This document shows positions 48,251 to 58,541 of a stretch of DNA of 64,000 nucleotides, in pieces. The position numbers and the translations under genes are program-made. A model generated the notes under the pieces. The model was given only the letters and a program-made list of their open reading frames with translations. It did no database searches and was not told the origin of the DNA. Numbering within the stretch: position 1 is the stretch's first letter; every line of letters begins with the position of its first letter. Origin of the DNA: Spirochaetia bacterium (GTDB taxonomy: Bacteria; Spirochaetota; Spirochaetia; UBA9216); the NCBI GenBank assembly GCA_963677925.2, contig CAXXYH010000003.1, positions 1,120,001 to 1,184,000 of the forward strand, given 5' to 3'.

Positions 48251-49812
48251 TATTTCGCTCCTTCACTCAAAGAGGCAATCTGTTCATCTATTTTATTTAT
48301 AGATGGTCTTACAAATAGAAAGGTCAGTCCGCCCGCAGCACCGGCACCGGAACATATCAGTGCAATATTCCGGTACAGCCTGTAGCTTTCAACTGCAGTA
48401 AGATTTGCACTTACTGCATCATGCAGAGTCTCTGCTTCAGAGGAAAGTGTGGCCGAATTATAGGCGGTGTAATTGCTGTCAAGTTCAGTTTTTTCTGATG
48501 CAATAAGAGCCTCAAAAACACCTGAGACAATTCCGGACGCCGCAGCAATACTGAAAGAGGAAATCATGCTTATATTCAGACGCCTGCGCGCTTCAATAGC
48601 TGCAGTTCTTTGAGCTTCCAGCTCTTCAAGCTTTTCCACAGTTAGAAATTGATCTGTGTGAATCAGAAGCGGAGATATTTCCTGAAGAGTACCGGCCTTA
48701 AGAGAAAGAGAATCGGTATATGTCTGATAATCGTCATGAGTGACCTCAAGAATATATTCTCCCGGCGGAACAGTTATTAAATCTTCAGTGAACTGATATT
48801 CTCCTGTATCATCAGATATAAGCCGGGATGATGAGTGCTCAGGCGCATTTAGTAATACATCGGCACCCTTAATTAAACTGAGACTTACAGCCGAAGTACG
48901 CCCGGTGATTATTTCGGTTTGTCCCTCGTAATACCAGCAGTTACCCCTGACTCTCAAACTGTACAGTCCCACAGGCAGATTTTTATTAAGCCCCGCTTCC
49001 AGCGGTATATCATCAAGAAAAATGGTATAGCCTTCCGCATTTTTATTGTTTATCTTCACAAGCAGATTCCCGCGCAGGAGGGCATTATCAGCAATAACTT
49101 CGGTAACATCGGTTGTATTTACATTTATCTGATTTTCAAAAACATATTCATTTGATTCCGCTTTTATAACATGAACTCCGAAATCTACTTCATTTATCAC
49201 CAGCGGGGTTTGTCCAACACTCTTCCCGTCAAGAGAAACCTCCAGCTCCATACCGTCAGGAGCAGTTATATATAAAGAGCCCTTTTCCTTAACTGCTAGA
49301 TCTGAACCTGCAATATATTTCAGACCGGCTATATTATAAGCGGCGGTAAATGACTGTTTCTGAAGATTCTCCAGATTATCAATATTAATAACCTCTGCTC
49401 TTTCAATATTTCCTTTCTCAACATCAACAAGCCTGATCGTAAGAACCATTGCTTCGCCGATACCGTCAAGAGAGCCCACAACAATCTTCTCTGCAGACAA
49501 AAGTTCACCGATCTCTATCGCACAGGAATCATCAGTACAGCCTGACAGACTGAATGCCTGAGCCTCAAGTATTTCTTCAACATCGGTATAGCTCATAACC
49601 GAAAAAGCCCCGGTCTTAATCAGTGCGGCTTCCAGAATATTTCTGCAGGTAGAGGCAATTGATTCAGATACACCCTTTGCCTCAATCGCCGGTACAGCAA
49701 GGACCTTTTTGTCTTCTGAAAATATAGCTGATGGAAAGCTGATAATCAGCAGAAGCAGAGCCAGAATAATCTTTCCTGATTTCATATTACTGACAGGTTT
49801 AACTTTTTTCAT
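48250..49812 (-). CDS. Exported protein with CsgG-like N-domain and PEGA domains
   Basis: ILEAQAFSLSGCTDDSCAIEIGELL.AEKIVVGS, VSLDGK.VGQTPL (PEGA), C-terminal hydrophobic helices. Stop overlaps the RCC1 start. Confidence 0.8.
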   Translation of the reverse strand: MKKVKPVSNMKSGKIILALLLLIISFPSAIFSEDKKVLAVPAIEAKGVSESIASTCRNILEAALIKTGAFSVMSYTDVEEILEAQAFSLSGCTDDSCAIEIGELLSAEKIVVGSLDGIGEAMVLTIRLVDVEKGNIERAEVINIDNLENLQKQSFTAAYNIAGLKYIAGSDLAVKEKGSLYITAPDGMELEVSLDGKSVGQTPLVINEVDFGVHVIKAESNEYVFENQINVNTTDVTEVIADNALLRGNLLVKINNKNAEGYTIFLDDIPLEAGLNKNLPVGLYSLRVRGNCWYYEGQTEIITGRTSAVSLSLIKGADVLLNAPEHSSSRLISDDTGEYQFTEDLITVPPGEYILEVTHDDYQTYTDSLSLKAGTLQEISPLLIHTDQFLTVEKLEELEAQRTAAIEARRRLNISMISSFSIAAASGIVSGVFEALIASEKTELDSNYTAYNSATLSSEAETLHDAVSANLTAVESYRLYRNIALICSGAGAAGGLTFLFVRPSINKIDEQIASLSEGAK

Positions 49813-49839
49813 AGATTTCCCTCTTGTACGTATAGGATG

Positions 49840-49939
49840 AGGCTACTATGAGTATGTAAATGCTGAATTAACAGAATGTTAACAGCATGTGAACAAAAAA
49901 AATTATAGTATTGACATGAAACGTTCAGAGTAAAATAAT
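49840..49939. promoter_or_regulatory. Divergent promoter with four 11-bp-spaced GTWAACAG-like repeats
   Basis: gtaaat 49856, attaac 49867, gttaac 49878, gtgaac 49889. Minus-strand -10 TAGCCT at 49845-49840. Plus-strand TTGACA(49911)-N17-AATAAT. Confidence 0.65.
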
Positions 49940-50657
49940 GGATTCAATTATGAAAAATAGAAACATCAGTGTTCTGCTTCTGGAAGATAATCCCGCTCAA
50001 TACGCCTTGCTTTCCGCATATCTTGAAAAGGAAAACTTCAAAGTTGTTCATGCTGACTGCATTAAAACCTTCAAAAAGCTTATAGAGACTGAAAACATTG
50101 ATCTTGTCCTGCTTGATCTTAACCTTCCGGACGGTGACGGACTGCAGCTGGTAAAAAATATTAAATCAGTACACAGGCTTCCGGTTATCATAATTACATC
50201 ACGCGACACAATAGAAGACAGGGTTATCGGTCTTGAAACGGGTGCCGATGATTATATCTGCAAACCCTACCATCCCAGAGAACTTATAATCCGGGTTTAT
50301 AAACTTCTTAATTCTGAAACAGAAAGCGGTGCTGATGCTCCGGATAAAATAATGCTTAATGATTACCTTTTCGATGAGGAAGCTCACTGCTTCCTGGATA
50401 AAGGCCGAAACTGCATCAAGCTTACTCCTGGTGAATATACAATTATGACATCACTGTTAAAAAATAACGGGCGCATATTATCCAGAAGCCAGCTTATAGA
50501 TACCGCTTTCAGCAGAATTGAATATCCGACAGACAGAAGCATAGATGTTCTTATATCCCGCCTTCGAAAAAAATTCCCGCTAGCCACCGGCGAACCTGAA
50601 ATAATTGAAACGGTAAAAGGCTTCGGCTACCGGATAAACAGGAATGTTCTAAAATAA
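49938..50657 (+). CDS. OmpR-family response regulator
   Basis: LLLEDN, DLVLLDLNLPDGDG, GADDYICKPY, RSIDVLISRLRKK, GFGYR. Start may be 49950. Confidence 0.93.
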   Translation: MDSIMKNRNISVLLLEDNPAQYALLSAYLEKENFKVVHADCIKTFKKLIETENIDLVLLDLNLPDGDGLQLVKNIKSVHRLPVIIITSRDTIEDRVIGLETGADDYICKPYHPRELIIRVYKLLNSETESGADAPDKIMLNDYLFDEEAHCFLDKGRNCIKLTPGEYTIMTSLLKNNGRILSRSQLIDTAFSRIEYPTDRSIDVLISRLRKKFPLATGEPEIIETVKGFGYRINRNVLK

Positions 50658-52568
50658 GTCTGCAAAAACACTCAGGAAGGGATATCCGCCGTTGACTGAA
50701 CTGTCGATATCCCAGATATCACCTGTACCTGTATCATCATCAGGATCCCCGGCAAAATCCCATGCTGTTTCCAGATCATCTCTTTCAGCTCCCTCACTGT
50801 CTGTAGTTTTGGTAAAAGTAGACCGGCTTGTCATTTCATAGCTTGTTTTTGCTGTCCCCTTCCCGGTATCAGTCATGCCGGTAGTTTCTGAATCATAAAA
50901 GCAATCAGTTACTGTTCCTGAATTAAGTCCTGCGACGCCTCCGGTATCACTGCTGCCGGAGACCGCTCCTGAAGCATATGAATAAGAAACTGTACTGTTG
51001 CTATTGTTACCGACAAGTCCACCTACTGAACCGTTCCCTGTGACAGTTCCTGCTGCATAGCAATTGGTCACAATACTGCTGTTTAAATTAAGACCGACGA
51101 GGCCGCCGACCTGAGTCAGTGAACCTTTAACGGTACATTCAGAATAGCAGCTTGATATTTCACCGCCGGAGTTATTCAGCCCTGCCAGACCGCCTATGTA
51201 ATAATATCCTTTACCTGTTACAGAACCGGCAGAACGGCAATACTCAATGACTCCGTCATAGTTTAACCCGGCTATTCCTCCGCAGTACCCCGTACCGGTA
51301 ATCGAAGAGTCAGAGTATGAATATTCAATATTTCCGTTAGAGTTATACCCAACCAGTCCGCCGCTGCGATACGAAGAACCGGTTACCGTTGCTGTACTGT
51401 AAGAGTTTGTAATTGTACCGCTATTATATCCGGCCAGACCTCCTGTATTGTAAACCCCGGAAACGGTTCCTGACGCGTAACAGCTGCTTATCTTACCGCT
51501 AAGATCTCCTGCAATAGCACCTGTATTTTCACCGCCTTCGACATCGGCATCAGTAAGCCCAAGCATGTATACATCTCCGCTCAGCGAGCCGAACAGCCCC
51601 TGATAGTCGTCACTTGAACTGATTTCAAGATTTGAGATCGTACGGTTATTACCGTTTAACTTGCCTGAAAATTTTGAACTTCCATCATTACCGTAATTTC
51701 CCAGAGGGGTCCAGCTCACAGCGTCAAGATCTATATCGTTCATAAGCATGAAGGCTCCGGAAAGTGAATTATTCATATTCTGCAGCTCTTGTGCGGTACT
51801 CACAAGGGTATAACTGTCTGAGCTTCCGGAGGCCGAGGTCCTGATGTAATTGATAACTGCATCAGAGCTGGTTTTATCATCATACAGGCCGGACATACTG
51901 ACAGTATAAATAGTTTCCGATTCCAGGCTGTCAAAAGTAAATGTCCCGGCACCGGGAGCGAAGTTACCGCTTGAGCTTGAATTACCATCAGTTATTTTAA
52001 AGACAATTCTATACAATTCTTCATCCTGCAGATCTGCCAGCGTAATTGCAATGGAACTTGAGGTCGTTGATATACCGGCAATATTATCCTGAGTAAGCGA
52101 ATCCGAATGATCGGCAGCCGTTTGCGGAAAAACAGCTGTAATAATACCGGAATCAGCAGCATTGCTGACCGAAGAAGCCCCGCTAACTGTAAAAAAATCA
52201 GCAGTCAGCCCTGTAAAAGTATAAGCATCTTTAGCGGTAAGCGTGATTGTCGATGTGTATACTGTTTCAGCCTCAAAGGCTGCAGGTGAATCCGACCAGG
52301 AAACCCTTCCGGTGTATTCATCAGTCTCTGTCACCGAGGTAACCGGAGTCTGTCCGAAAACCGGAACCGCTACACCGTTTATGTCATGGATTGTAATGAG
52401 AGTATCGCTGCCGTCATCTGTTGCAGAACTGTCTGTATCTGTATCTGCGTCCGTATATGTCAGTTCTGAATCAGGGTCATCAATTATCAGACCGTCATCG
52501 CATGCCATAAAGACAGCTGATAGAAACACTGCGAGTAAAATATAAAAAAAACTACATTTTCTTTTCAT
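50649..52568 (-). CDS. GLUG-motif surface lipoprotein
   Basis: Lipobox VFMA-C, LMNDIDL...WTP.G...FSGKLNGN...I.NL.I, multiple GGL(A/V)G.N..G.I...Y..G.V.G repeats, INGGYP-like end. Confidence 0.88.
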   Translation of the reverse strand: MKRKCSFFYILLAVFLSAVFMACDDGLIIDDPDSELTYTDADTDTDSSATDDGSDTLITIHDINGVAVPVFGQTPVTSVTETDEYTGRVSWSDSPAAFEAETVYTSTITLTAKDAYTFTGLTADFFTVSGASSVSNAADSGIITAVFPQTAADHSDSLTQDNIAGISTTSSSIAITLADLQDEELYRIVFKITDGNSSSSGNFAPGAGTFTFDSLESETIYTVSMSGLYDDKTSSDAVINYIRTSASGSSDSYTLVSTAQELQNMNNSLSGAFMLMNDIDLDAVSWTPLGNYGNDGSSKFSGKLNGNNRTISNLEISSSDDYQGLFGSLSGDVYMLGLTDADVEGGENTGAIAGDLSGKISSCYASGTVSGVYNTGGLAGYNSGTITNSYSTATVTGSSYRSGGLVGYNSNGNIEYSYSDSSITGTGYCGGIAGLNYDGVIEYCRSAGSVTGKGYYYIGGLAGLNNSGGEISSCYSECTVKGSLTQVGGLVGLNLNSSIVTNCYAAGTVTGNGSVGGLVGNNSNSTVSYSYASGAVSGSSDTGGVAGLNSGTVTDCFYDSETTGMTDTGKGTAKTSYEMTSRSTFTKTTDSEGAERDDLETAWDFAGDPDDDTGTGDIWDIDSSVNGGYPFLSVFADLF

Positions 52569-52604
52569 CCCGAATACTCCGATTGTTATAAATTTCTATT
52601 CCTG

Positions 52605-52702
52605 AACGTACCAGCGGTGTGTAAACAGAAAAGCAACCGTATGTTAACAGTAGGTAAATATGTATTAAATTGATTGACATTGATAACAAGCTGAAAAATA
52701 AT
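52605..52702. promoter_or_regulatory. Divergent promoter with four 11-bp-spaced GTWAACAG-like repeats
   Basis: gtaaacag 52621, agcaaccg 52632, gttaacag 52643, gtaaatat 52654. Minus-strand -10 TACGTT at 52610-52605. Plus-strand TTGACA(52674)-N17-AATAAT. Confidence 0.65.
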
Positions 52703-52729
52703 ACTGATAAAAGAAAAGGCAGCTCTGAA

Positions 52730-54874
52730 ATGACAGATAAAAACACGACTGATTCTCTATACAGAATAAACAGGCTCACCGGGGAATTTACAAATCGGCA
52801 GATTGAAAGCAGGTTCGCGGAAATCTCCTGGCCCGGTATTTCGAAAAAGCTTATTATTGCTTTTATACTCTGTGCTGCCAACTTTCTTATTTCCAATAAC
52901 ATCCAGGGGCCGGGAGAATTTCCGCAATACCGGACACTCATTGTCCCGATCACCAAAGCCTTTGCGGTATTCCTATTAGCTGCTGCTGTCGCTGTAAAAA
53001 AAAGCAGAAAGTATTACCTCTGGCTTCAGATTGCGGTCTCTCTATCAGAAATTTTCATCGGGATGCAGTCGGCGGCCAACCATTATTTTTTTCTTACATA
53101 CATCAACAAATTCTATGATATAGGTACATCATTTATTGTGTTCTATATTCTTATCTTCTATATAGTGGTTCCGAATAGGCTCTCAACAATCCTGATTACA
53201 AATGTCACAATTGCAGTACTGTTCACCTTTATAACGAATCTCAGCGGGCTTACATCTTTTTCAGACATTTTTTCCATATCCATGTATTTTGCAATTGCAA
53301 ATGCACTTGGCTATGTGATCACCCTATCGAATAACAGGGCAAGGCGCGAAGAATACCATCAGCGAATTCAGCTTAGAGCGGCTCAGGATGAAGCAATCGA
53401 TGCCAGAAAGATGGCCGAAGAAGCAAATTCAGCAAAGAGCCGCTTCCTTGCAATGATCAACCATGAGATGCGGACTCCACTGAATGTTGTTGTGGGCGGC
53501 ATACAGATACTCGAAAATGACGGACTGAATGCCGGTCAGCAGGACACCGTGACCATGATAAAGAATTCGGGTGAACTGCTGAAAGACCTCATAAGAAATG
53601 TGCTGGATTTTACCGATATGGAACGCAATCAGATTCAAATCAGAAGTGAAATCTTCTTACTTGATGATCTGTTAAAGGAGCTTCAAAACATTTACACCCT
53701 GATGGCCCTGGAAAACAAAATTGATTTTATTCTGATAGATGAGCTGAATGAGTTCAGGCCTGTAGAGGGTGACCCAATGCGGCTTCGTCAGATTCTTACA
53801 AATCTTTTAAACAATGCATTTAAATTTACAAGAGACGGCTCGGTCTGTCTGAAGATTGCACCTGAAGAAGCAGATGATTCACAGTTATTATCAGTCAGAT
53901 TTTCAGTTATCGATACCGGAATCGGTATCTCTGAAGACCAGTTCACAGAGATAATAAAACCTTTCACACAGGTGGAACAGACAGCCACAAGGAATTTTGA
54001 CGGCAGCGGACTGGGGCTGGCCATTTGCAGTGAACTTCTCAATGCAATGGGAAGCAGGCTTGAAATATCAAGTAAGGAAGATTCGGGCAGTACATTCAGC
54101 TTCATCCTTAGCTTTAAAATATCAAAGCTTCGAACCGGTGCAGTATCAGCTGTACCCGGAACATCCTGCAAAATTCTGCTTATTGATGATATTCCGGCTA
54201 ACTTGAAAATAGCCGGCAAACTTTTGGAGGCTCTGAATCAGAGAGTTGTATGCTGCAGCAGCGGGCAGGAAGGAATGGAATGGGTTACTAAGGAAGATTT
54301 TGATATTGTGTTTATTGATTTTCATATGCCGGAAATGGATGGCTTTGAAACACTGAAAATAATAAAGCAGAAAAAGCCTGATATAACCGCTTTCCTGATG
54401 ACTGCAGATACCAGAGAAGAAATTCAGAAACAGGGAGAAGAAGCAGGATTCTCCGGCATAATAAATAAACCGATTGATTCAGCACAATTGTATGAAGCAG
54501 TATCAGAAAGGAACCTGAATTGTAATTCAAAAAATAATAAAATCAGAATAATTTCCGGAGCCTCTAAAAGTATCAATACTGAATATCTTCTTCAGATGAA
54601 AAATGATCTGGGAGAAGAGGTTTTTGCTGATGTAATAAAATCATGTATTAAAAATCTGGAAGATACTGTAAAGCTGCTGGAAGATAAAGAATCAGGATAC
54701 GGGCCGCAGGAGCTCATTCATCAATTACTGGGTGTTGCCGGAAACTACCGTCTTAATGCTGTTGTAAAAACACTGAAGACCTTCAGGAGTGAACCTTCAG
54801 ATTTTAATCCTGAAAAGCTGACCGGTCAGCTGCGAACTGCAGTCACTGACCTCAGTGAGATGATATCCGAATAA
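52730..54874 (+). CDS. Hybrid sensor histidine kinase (TM-HisKA-HATPase-REC-HPt)
   Basis: AKSRFLAMINHEMRTPL, GDPMRLRQILTNLLNNAFKFT, GSGLGL, REC LLIDD..DFHMP..KP, HPt-like HQLLGVAG. ATG 52730 preferred over TTG 52670. Confidence 0.92.
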   Translation: MTDKNTTDSLYRINRLTGEFTNRQIESRFAEISWPGISKKLIIAFILCAANFLISNNIQGPGEFPQYRTLIVPITKAFAVFLLAAAVAVKKSRKYYLWLQIAVSLSEIFIGMQSAANHYFFLTYINKFYDIGTSFIVFYILIFYIVVPNRLSTILITNVTIAVLFTFITNLSGLTSFSDIFSISMYFAIANALGYVITLSNNRARREEYHQRIQLRAAQDEAIDARKMAEEANSAKSRFLAMINHEMRTPLNVVVGGIQILENDGLNAGQQDTVTMIKNSGELLKDLIRNVLDFTDMERNQIQIRSEIFLLDDLLKELQNIYTLMALENKIDFILIDELNEFRPVEGDPMRLRQILTNLLNNAFKFTRDGSVCLKIAPEEADDSQLLSVRFSVIDTGIGISEDQFTEIIKPFTQVEQTATRNFDGSGLGLAICSELLNAMGSRLEISSKEDSGSTFSFILSFKISKLRTGAVSAVPGTSCKILLIDDIPANLKIAGKLLEALNQRVVCCSSGQEGMEWVTKEDFDIVFIDFHMPEMDGFETLKIIKQKKPDITAFLMTADTREEIQKQGEEAGFSGIINKPIDSAQLYEAVSERNLNCNSKNNKIRIISGASKSINTEYLLQMKNDLGEEVFADVIKSCIKNLEDTVKLLEDKESGYGPQELIHQLLGVAGNYRLNAVVKTLKTFRSEPSDFNPEKLTGQLRTAVTDLSEMISE

Positions 54875-54920
54875 ACCCCGGAGCCTGGCTCTCAGGATTT
54901 ATCCGATATTTCAGCTATGC

Positions 54921-56090
54921 CTATTTCTTCTTTCTGTCTTTCAGAAGCGCAGCGAATGGATTATAGGTATCAGCATCAGATTCAGGCTCCATATATTTTC
55001 TGCTTTCCTCATCGTTGAGGATTGTTGAAGCAGGCTTCAATGAAAGCCGTCTTTTACTCTTATCGATACTGTTTATAAGTACTGTAATGCTCTGTCCCGG
55101 TTTCAGTTTAGCCGCAGGTTTTCCAGATCTTGAATCACCCTCAAGTTCTGAAATGTGAATCAGTCCATCCAATCCGGGTTCAAGCGATACAAAGGCACCG
55201 AAGTTTGTTACCCGCACAACGATTCCTTCGCATTTTGCTCCTCTCTGATACCTTTCATCAACATCATCCCAGGGATCTGCCAGAAGAGCCTTCATGCTCA
55301 GGCTGATGCGCTCGGACTTCCAGTCGATACTGAGAATTGAAGCCTTAACTTCCTGGCCTGGTTTCAGTACAGCGTTAATATCCTCTACACGGTCACGGCT
55401 TATCTCTGAAACCGGCAGCAGAGCCTGAAAACCGTCAATATCAACAAAGGCTCCGAAATTCTGCAGGCGGGTTACTGTTCCGGTTACGGTCATGCCTTCT
55501 TCCAAGGTCTTTTTAAGCTCTGCAATCTGCTTTTCATGTTCAGCCTGTAGAATGGCTCTGTTTGAAACCAGAATATTACGTCCGCCCTCTTTATACTCAA
55601 TAATCTTAAAAGTAAGTGTTTTACCGATCCAGTCAGCAGCGTTTTCGATTCTCTTCATTCCCAGCTGGCTGTAGGGACAGAAAGCTCTGGAATCACCTAT
55701 AGTGATTTCAAATCCGCCCTTGATCTCCTTTTCAACCACACCTTCAACCGGTATTCCATTTTCAAAGGCGGTTTCCATTACTGCTTTTGCAGCCTTGTCA
55801 CCGCTTATTTTTGTTGTAAAATGCATCTCTCCGTTTTTTGCCGAGAGAAAAAAGACCTTTATTTTATCGCCGGTTTCAGCGGTAAGATTTCCGTCCTTAT
55901 CAATCAGTTCCGCCCGGTCCATCAGGCCTTCACTCTTGCCGTTCAGCTGAAGAAAAACTGTATCTCCGGAAATTGAAACAATCTCGGTTTCAATCTGCTC
56001 TCCGGGTCTCATTGATTTGTTTTCAGTAAAACTCTCCTCCAGCATTTGTGCAAAGTCATTTTCATAGTTTTCTGAGTCAGGTTTGTCCAT
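54921..56090 (-). CDS. S1 RNA-binding domain protein (short ribosomal protein S1-like, 4 S1 domains)
   Basis: KSEG, IKGGF, AFCPYSQ, FGAFVD..G..ALL, FGAFV.L.PGLDGLIHISEL. Confidence 0.88.
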   Translation of the reverse strand: MDKPDSENYENDFAQMLEESFTENKSMRPGEQIETEIVSISGDTVFLQLNGKSEGLMDRAELIDKDGNLTAETGDKIKVFFLSAKNGEMHFTTKISGDKAAKAVMETAFENGIPVEGVVEKEIKGGFEITIGDSRAFCPYSQLGMKRIENAADWIGKTLTFKIIEYKEGGRNILVSNRAILQAEHEKQIAELKKTLEEGMTVTGTVTRLQNFGAFVDIDGFQALLPVSEISRDRVEDINAVLKPGQEVKASILSIDWKSERISLSMKALLADPWDDVDERYQRGAKCEGIVVRVTNFGAFVSLEPGLDGLIHISELEGDSRSGKPAAKLKPGQSITVLINSIDKSKRRLSLKPASTILNDEESRKYMEPESDADTYNPFAALLKDRKKK

Positions 56091-56310
56091 ATTTGTTATT
56101 TACTCCATTTTCAGCGCTATTATACATAATAATAAAATATTTTTAAATCCTCTGCGGTGCCAAGTATCCATATCGGGCTTGAACATCTTTGCATATTCGC
56201 CTATAGTGTCACCTTCATAGCCGTGATACAGCCAAGGTTTATTCACGGTCCTTTCTTTTCCATGTTGTCCGGCGGGTAGAGATTGATAAAAAACCCGGAC
56301 CAGGAAATAA

Positions 56311-57708
56311 ATGAATAACAATAATTCTCACACAAAAACAAACAATCTGCAGGGTGTTTTCAATCTGCTGCGCCCCGAAATACAGAAGGCTGTAGCCCTT
56401 AAGGGTTATACTGAACCCTCCCCGATACAGGAACAGGCAATTCCGCATCTTCTTAAAGGATGTGATCTGCTTGGCAGCGCACAGACCGGAACAGGTAAAA
56501 CAGCGGCATTTTCGCTTCCCCTGCTTCAGAAACTTTCACAGAACAGCATACGGCCGCAGAAGGGCACTCCGAAGGCTCTTATTCTTGCTCCGACACGGGA
56601 ACTTGCAGCCCAGATTGGTGATAACATAAAATCATACAGCCGATTTCTGAGAGTGAGCCACGCCGTAATTTTCGGCGGAGTGAGTCAGCATCACCAGATA
56701 AAAGCCCTTAACCGAGGGGTTGATATCCTTGTGGCAACACCCGGAAGACTTCTTGATCTGATGAACCAGGGGTTTATTCATCTGGAGAATATTGAGGTCT
56801 TCATCCTCGATGAGGTTGACCGGATGCTCGATATGGGCTTCATCCATGACATAAAAAAGATTATTGCAGTGATACCTGAAGAACGTCAGACGTTGTTTTT
56901 CTCGGCTACGATGCCTCCCAAGATTATGATACTTGCAGAAACACTTGTAAAGAATCCGGTAATGATAGAAATCACACCGGAACAGCCGGCTGTCGAACGG
57001 ATAGATCAGAGAGTTCTGTTTGTTGATGAAAAGGATAAGGATGATCTGCTGAGGCTTGTCCTCAAAGACAGTGAAATAAGCAAGGCAATAATCTTCACCC
57101 AGATGAAACATGTAGCAAACCGGGTTGTTGATAAGCTGGCATCCGCCGGTATCGACAGTGCAGCAATTCACGGAAATAAAAGCCAGGCAGCCAGGGTAAA
57201 AGCTCTGGATGGTTTTAAGAAAGGTCAGATCTCTGTGCTTGTAGCCACCGATGTAGCAGCACGCGGGATTGATGTAGAAAACATAAGCCATGTTATAAAT
57301 TATGATATGCCGATGGAAGCTGAAACCTATGTGCACCGCATCGGCCGTACAGCAAGGGCCGGAGCCGACGGAATCTCAATATCGTTCTGCTGTGCCGAAG
57401 ACCGGGCCTACCTGAGGGCAATTGATAAACTGCTTGATGTTCCGGTTCCGGCCGACATCAACCATCAGTATCATTCCGATACAGCACAGAACTCAACCCT
57501 TCCCGCTCCAAAAAACTTCGGAAGAGGCAGAGCCGACCGCAGACCGGGCGGCCAGGGAGCACAGGGTCAGAGAAGGCCCGGCGGGCAGCCGGGTAAAAAC
57601 AGCCGGAATGCCTCAGGAAGAAATTATTCAGGCAGCAGAAACGGAAACCGTCCTTCCGGGAATTCCAACCGTTCAGGCAACCGAAGCCGAAACCGGAATC
57701 AGGCTTAG
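56311..57708 (+). CDS. DEAD-box RNA helicase, RhlE-like
   Basis: AQTGTGKT, PTRELA, TPGRLLD, DEVD, SAT, HGNKSQ, ARGID, HRIGRTAR, basic G/R/N tail. Confidence 0.95.
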   Translation: MNNNNSHTKTNNLQGVFNLLRPEIQKAVALKGYTEPSPIQEQAIPHLLKGCDLLGSAQTGTGKTAAFSLPLLQKLSQNSIRPQKGTPKALILAPTRELAAQIGDNIKSYSRFLRVSHAVIFGGVSQHHQIKALNRGVDILVATPGRLLDLMNQGFIHLENIEVFILDEVDRMLDMGFIHDIKKIIAVIPEERQTLFFSATMPPKIMILAETLVKNPVMIEITPEQPAVERIDQRVLFVDEKDKDDLLRLVLKDSEISKAIIFTQMKHVANRVVDKLASAGIDSAAIHGNKSQAARVKALDGFKKGQISVLVATDVAARGIDVENISHVINYDMPMEAETYVHRIGRTARAGADGISISFCCAEDRAYLRAIDKLLDVPVPADINHQYHSDTAQNSTLPAPKNFGRGRADRRPGGQGAQGQRRPGGQPGKNSRNASGRNYSGSRNGNRPSGNSNRSGNRSRNRNQA

Positions 57709-58499
57709 TCAGCTGAGGGCGGGTCTTTTTCACGGCCTGCCTGCACCAGCCATACGGCGGGGATAATAAAGAACGCGGCCATAACAGTTACCACAATTAT
57801 ACCGGAAATGTCAGCAGGGCCGCAGGAAACAAGCGGATTAAAAACCATAAAAATAATCAGTGTAACAAAAAGAAGGACAGCCTGAATAAATACCGGCAGC
57901 AGCATTTTATTTGATGACTGCCTGTTTCTGAAACAGACTGTGCCTGCAGCAAGCCAGATAAGTGAAATAACAACATCTGCAATACTTACCGCTGTTTCAG
58001 AGAGCAGTTCCCCGCCGGAAGCCCAGGCTGCAATTATTACAACGCCCCGGCCTATGAAGATAAAAGAGAAAACTATCAACACCATTGCCGAAAAAACCAT
58101 TTTAAACTTATTCCATGAAAACGGCTTAATCCTGCAGACAGCCGGTATAGCAGTATTATCAAATTTAACCAGCAATACCGAGACTACAGCTATACAGATG
58201 ATAGACGCACCTGTTGTGAACATAGTCCTTATCAGGAATAAAACCGGAATAGTATTATAAAGAATAAAAAGCAGCATTCCTGCCTGAAGCTCTATGTTTC
58301 GTCTGACGAAGCGGCAGATTAGACGAAGGATCAGATAAATTAAAATCAGAACTGCATTTATAATACCGGTTAAATACAGGCTGCGGAATGCGTCTTCACT
58401 GATGAAAGTCTTTTCCGGAAGCAGTATAGAAGTTACTGTCAGGGAGAGAAACAGCAGAGTTACAATAAGTTCCAAAGCCGACCAATTTTTTACTTTCAT
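57705..58499 (-). CDS. Hypothetical membrane protein
   Basis: About 8 hydrophobic segments. Confidence 0.7.
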   Translation of the reverse strand: MKVKNWSALELIVTLLFLSLTVTSILLPEKTFISEDAFRSLYLTGIINAVLILIYLILRLICRFVRRNIELQAGMLLFILYNTIPVLFLIRTMFTTGASIICIAVVSVLLVKFDNTAIPAVCRIKPFSWNKFKMVFSAMVLIVFSFIFIGRGVVIIAAWASGGELLSETAVSIADVVISLIWLAAGTVCFRNRQSSNKMLLPVFIQAVLLFVTLIIFMVFNPLVSCGPADISGIIVVTVMAAFFIIPAVWLVQAGREKDPPSAD

Positions 58500-58541
58500 A
58501 AGTACAGCTTATCATAGATTACTTTTAAGCTGTATTAAAAT

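Noticed and set aside
56201-56214. 14-bp match CTATAGTGTCACCT to the SP6 promoter (vector contamination)
   Set aside because: Incomplete match with no flanking polylinker or vector sequence; treated as coincidence.
56632-57336. 234-aa minus-strand ORF
   Set aside because: Antisense to the conserved DEAD-box helicase.
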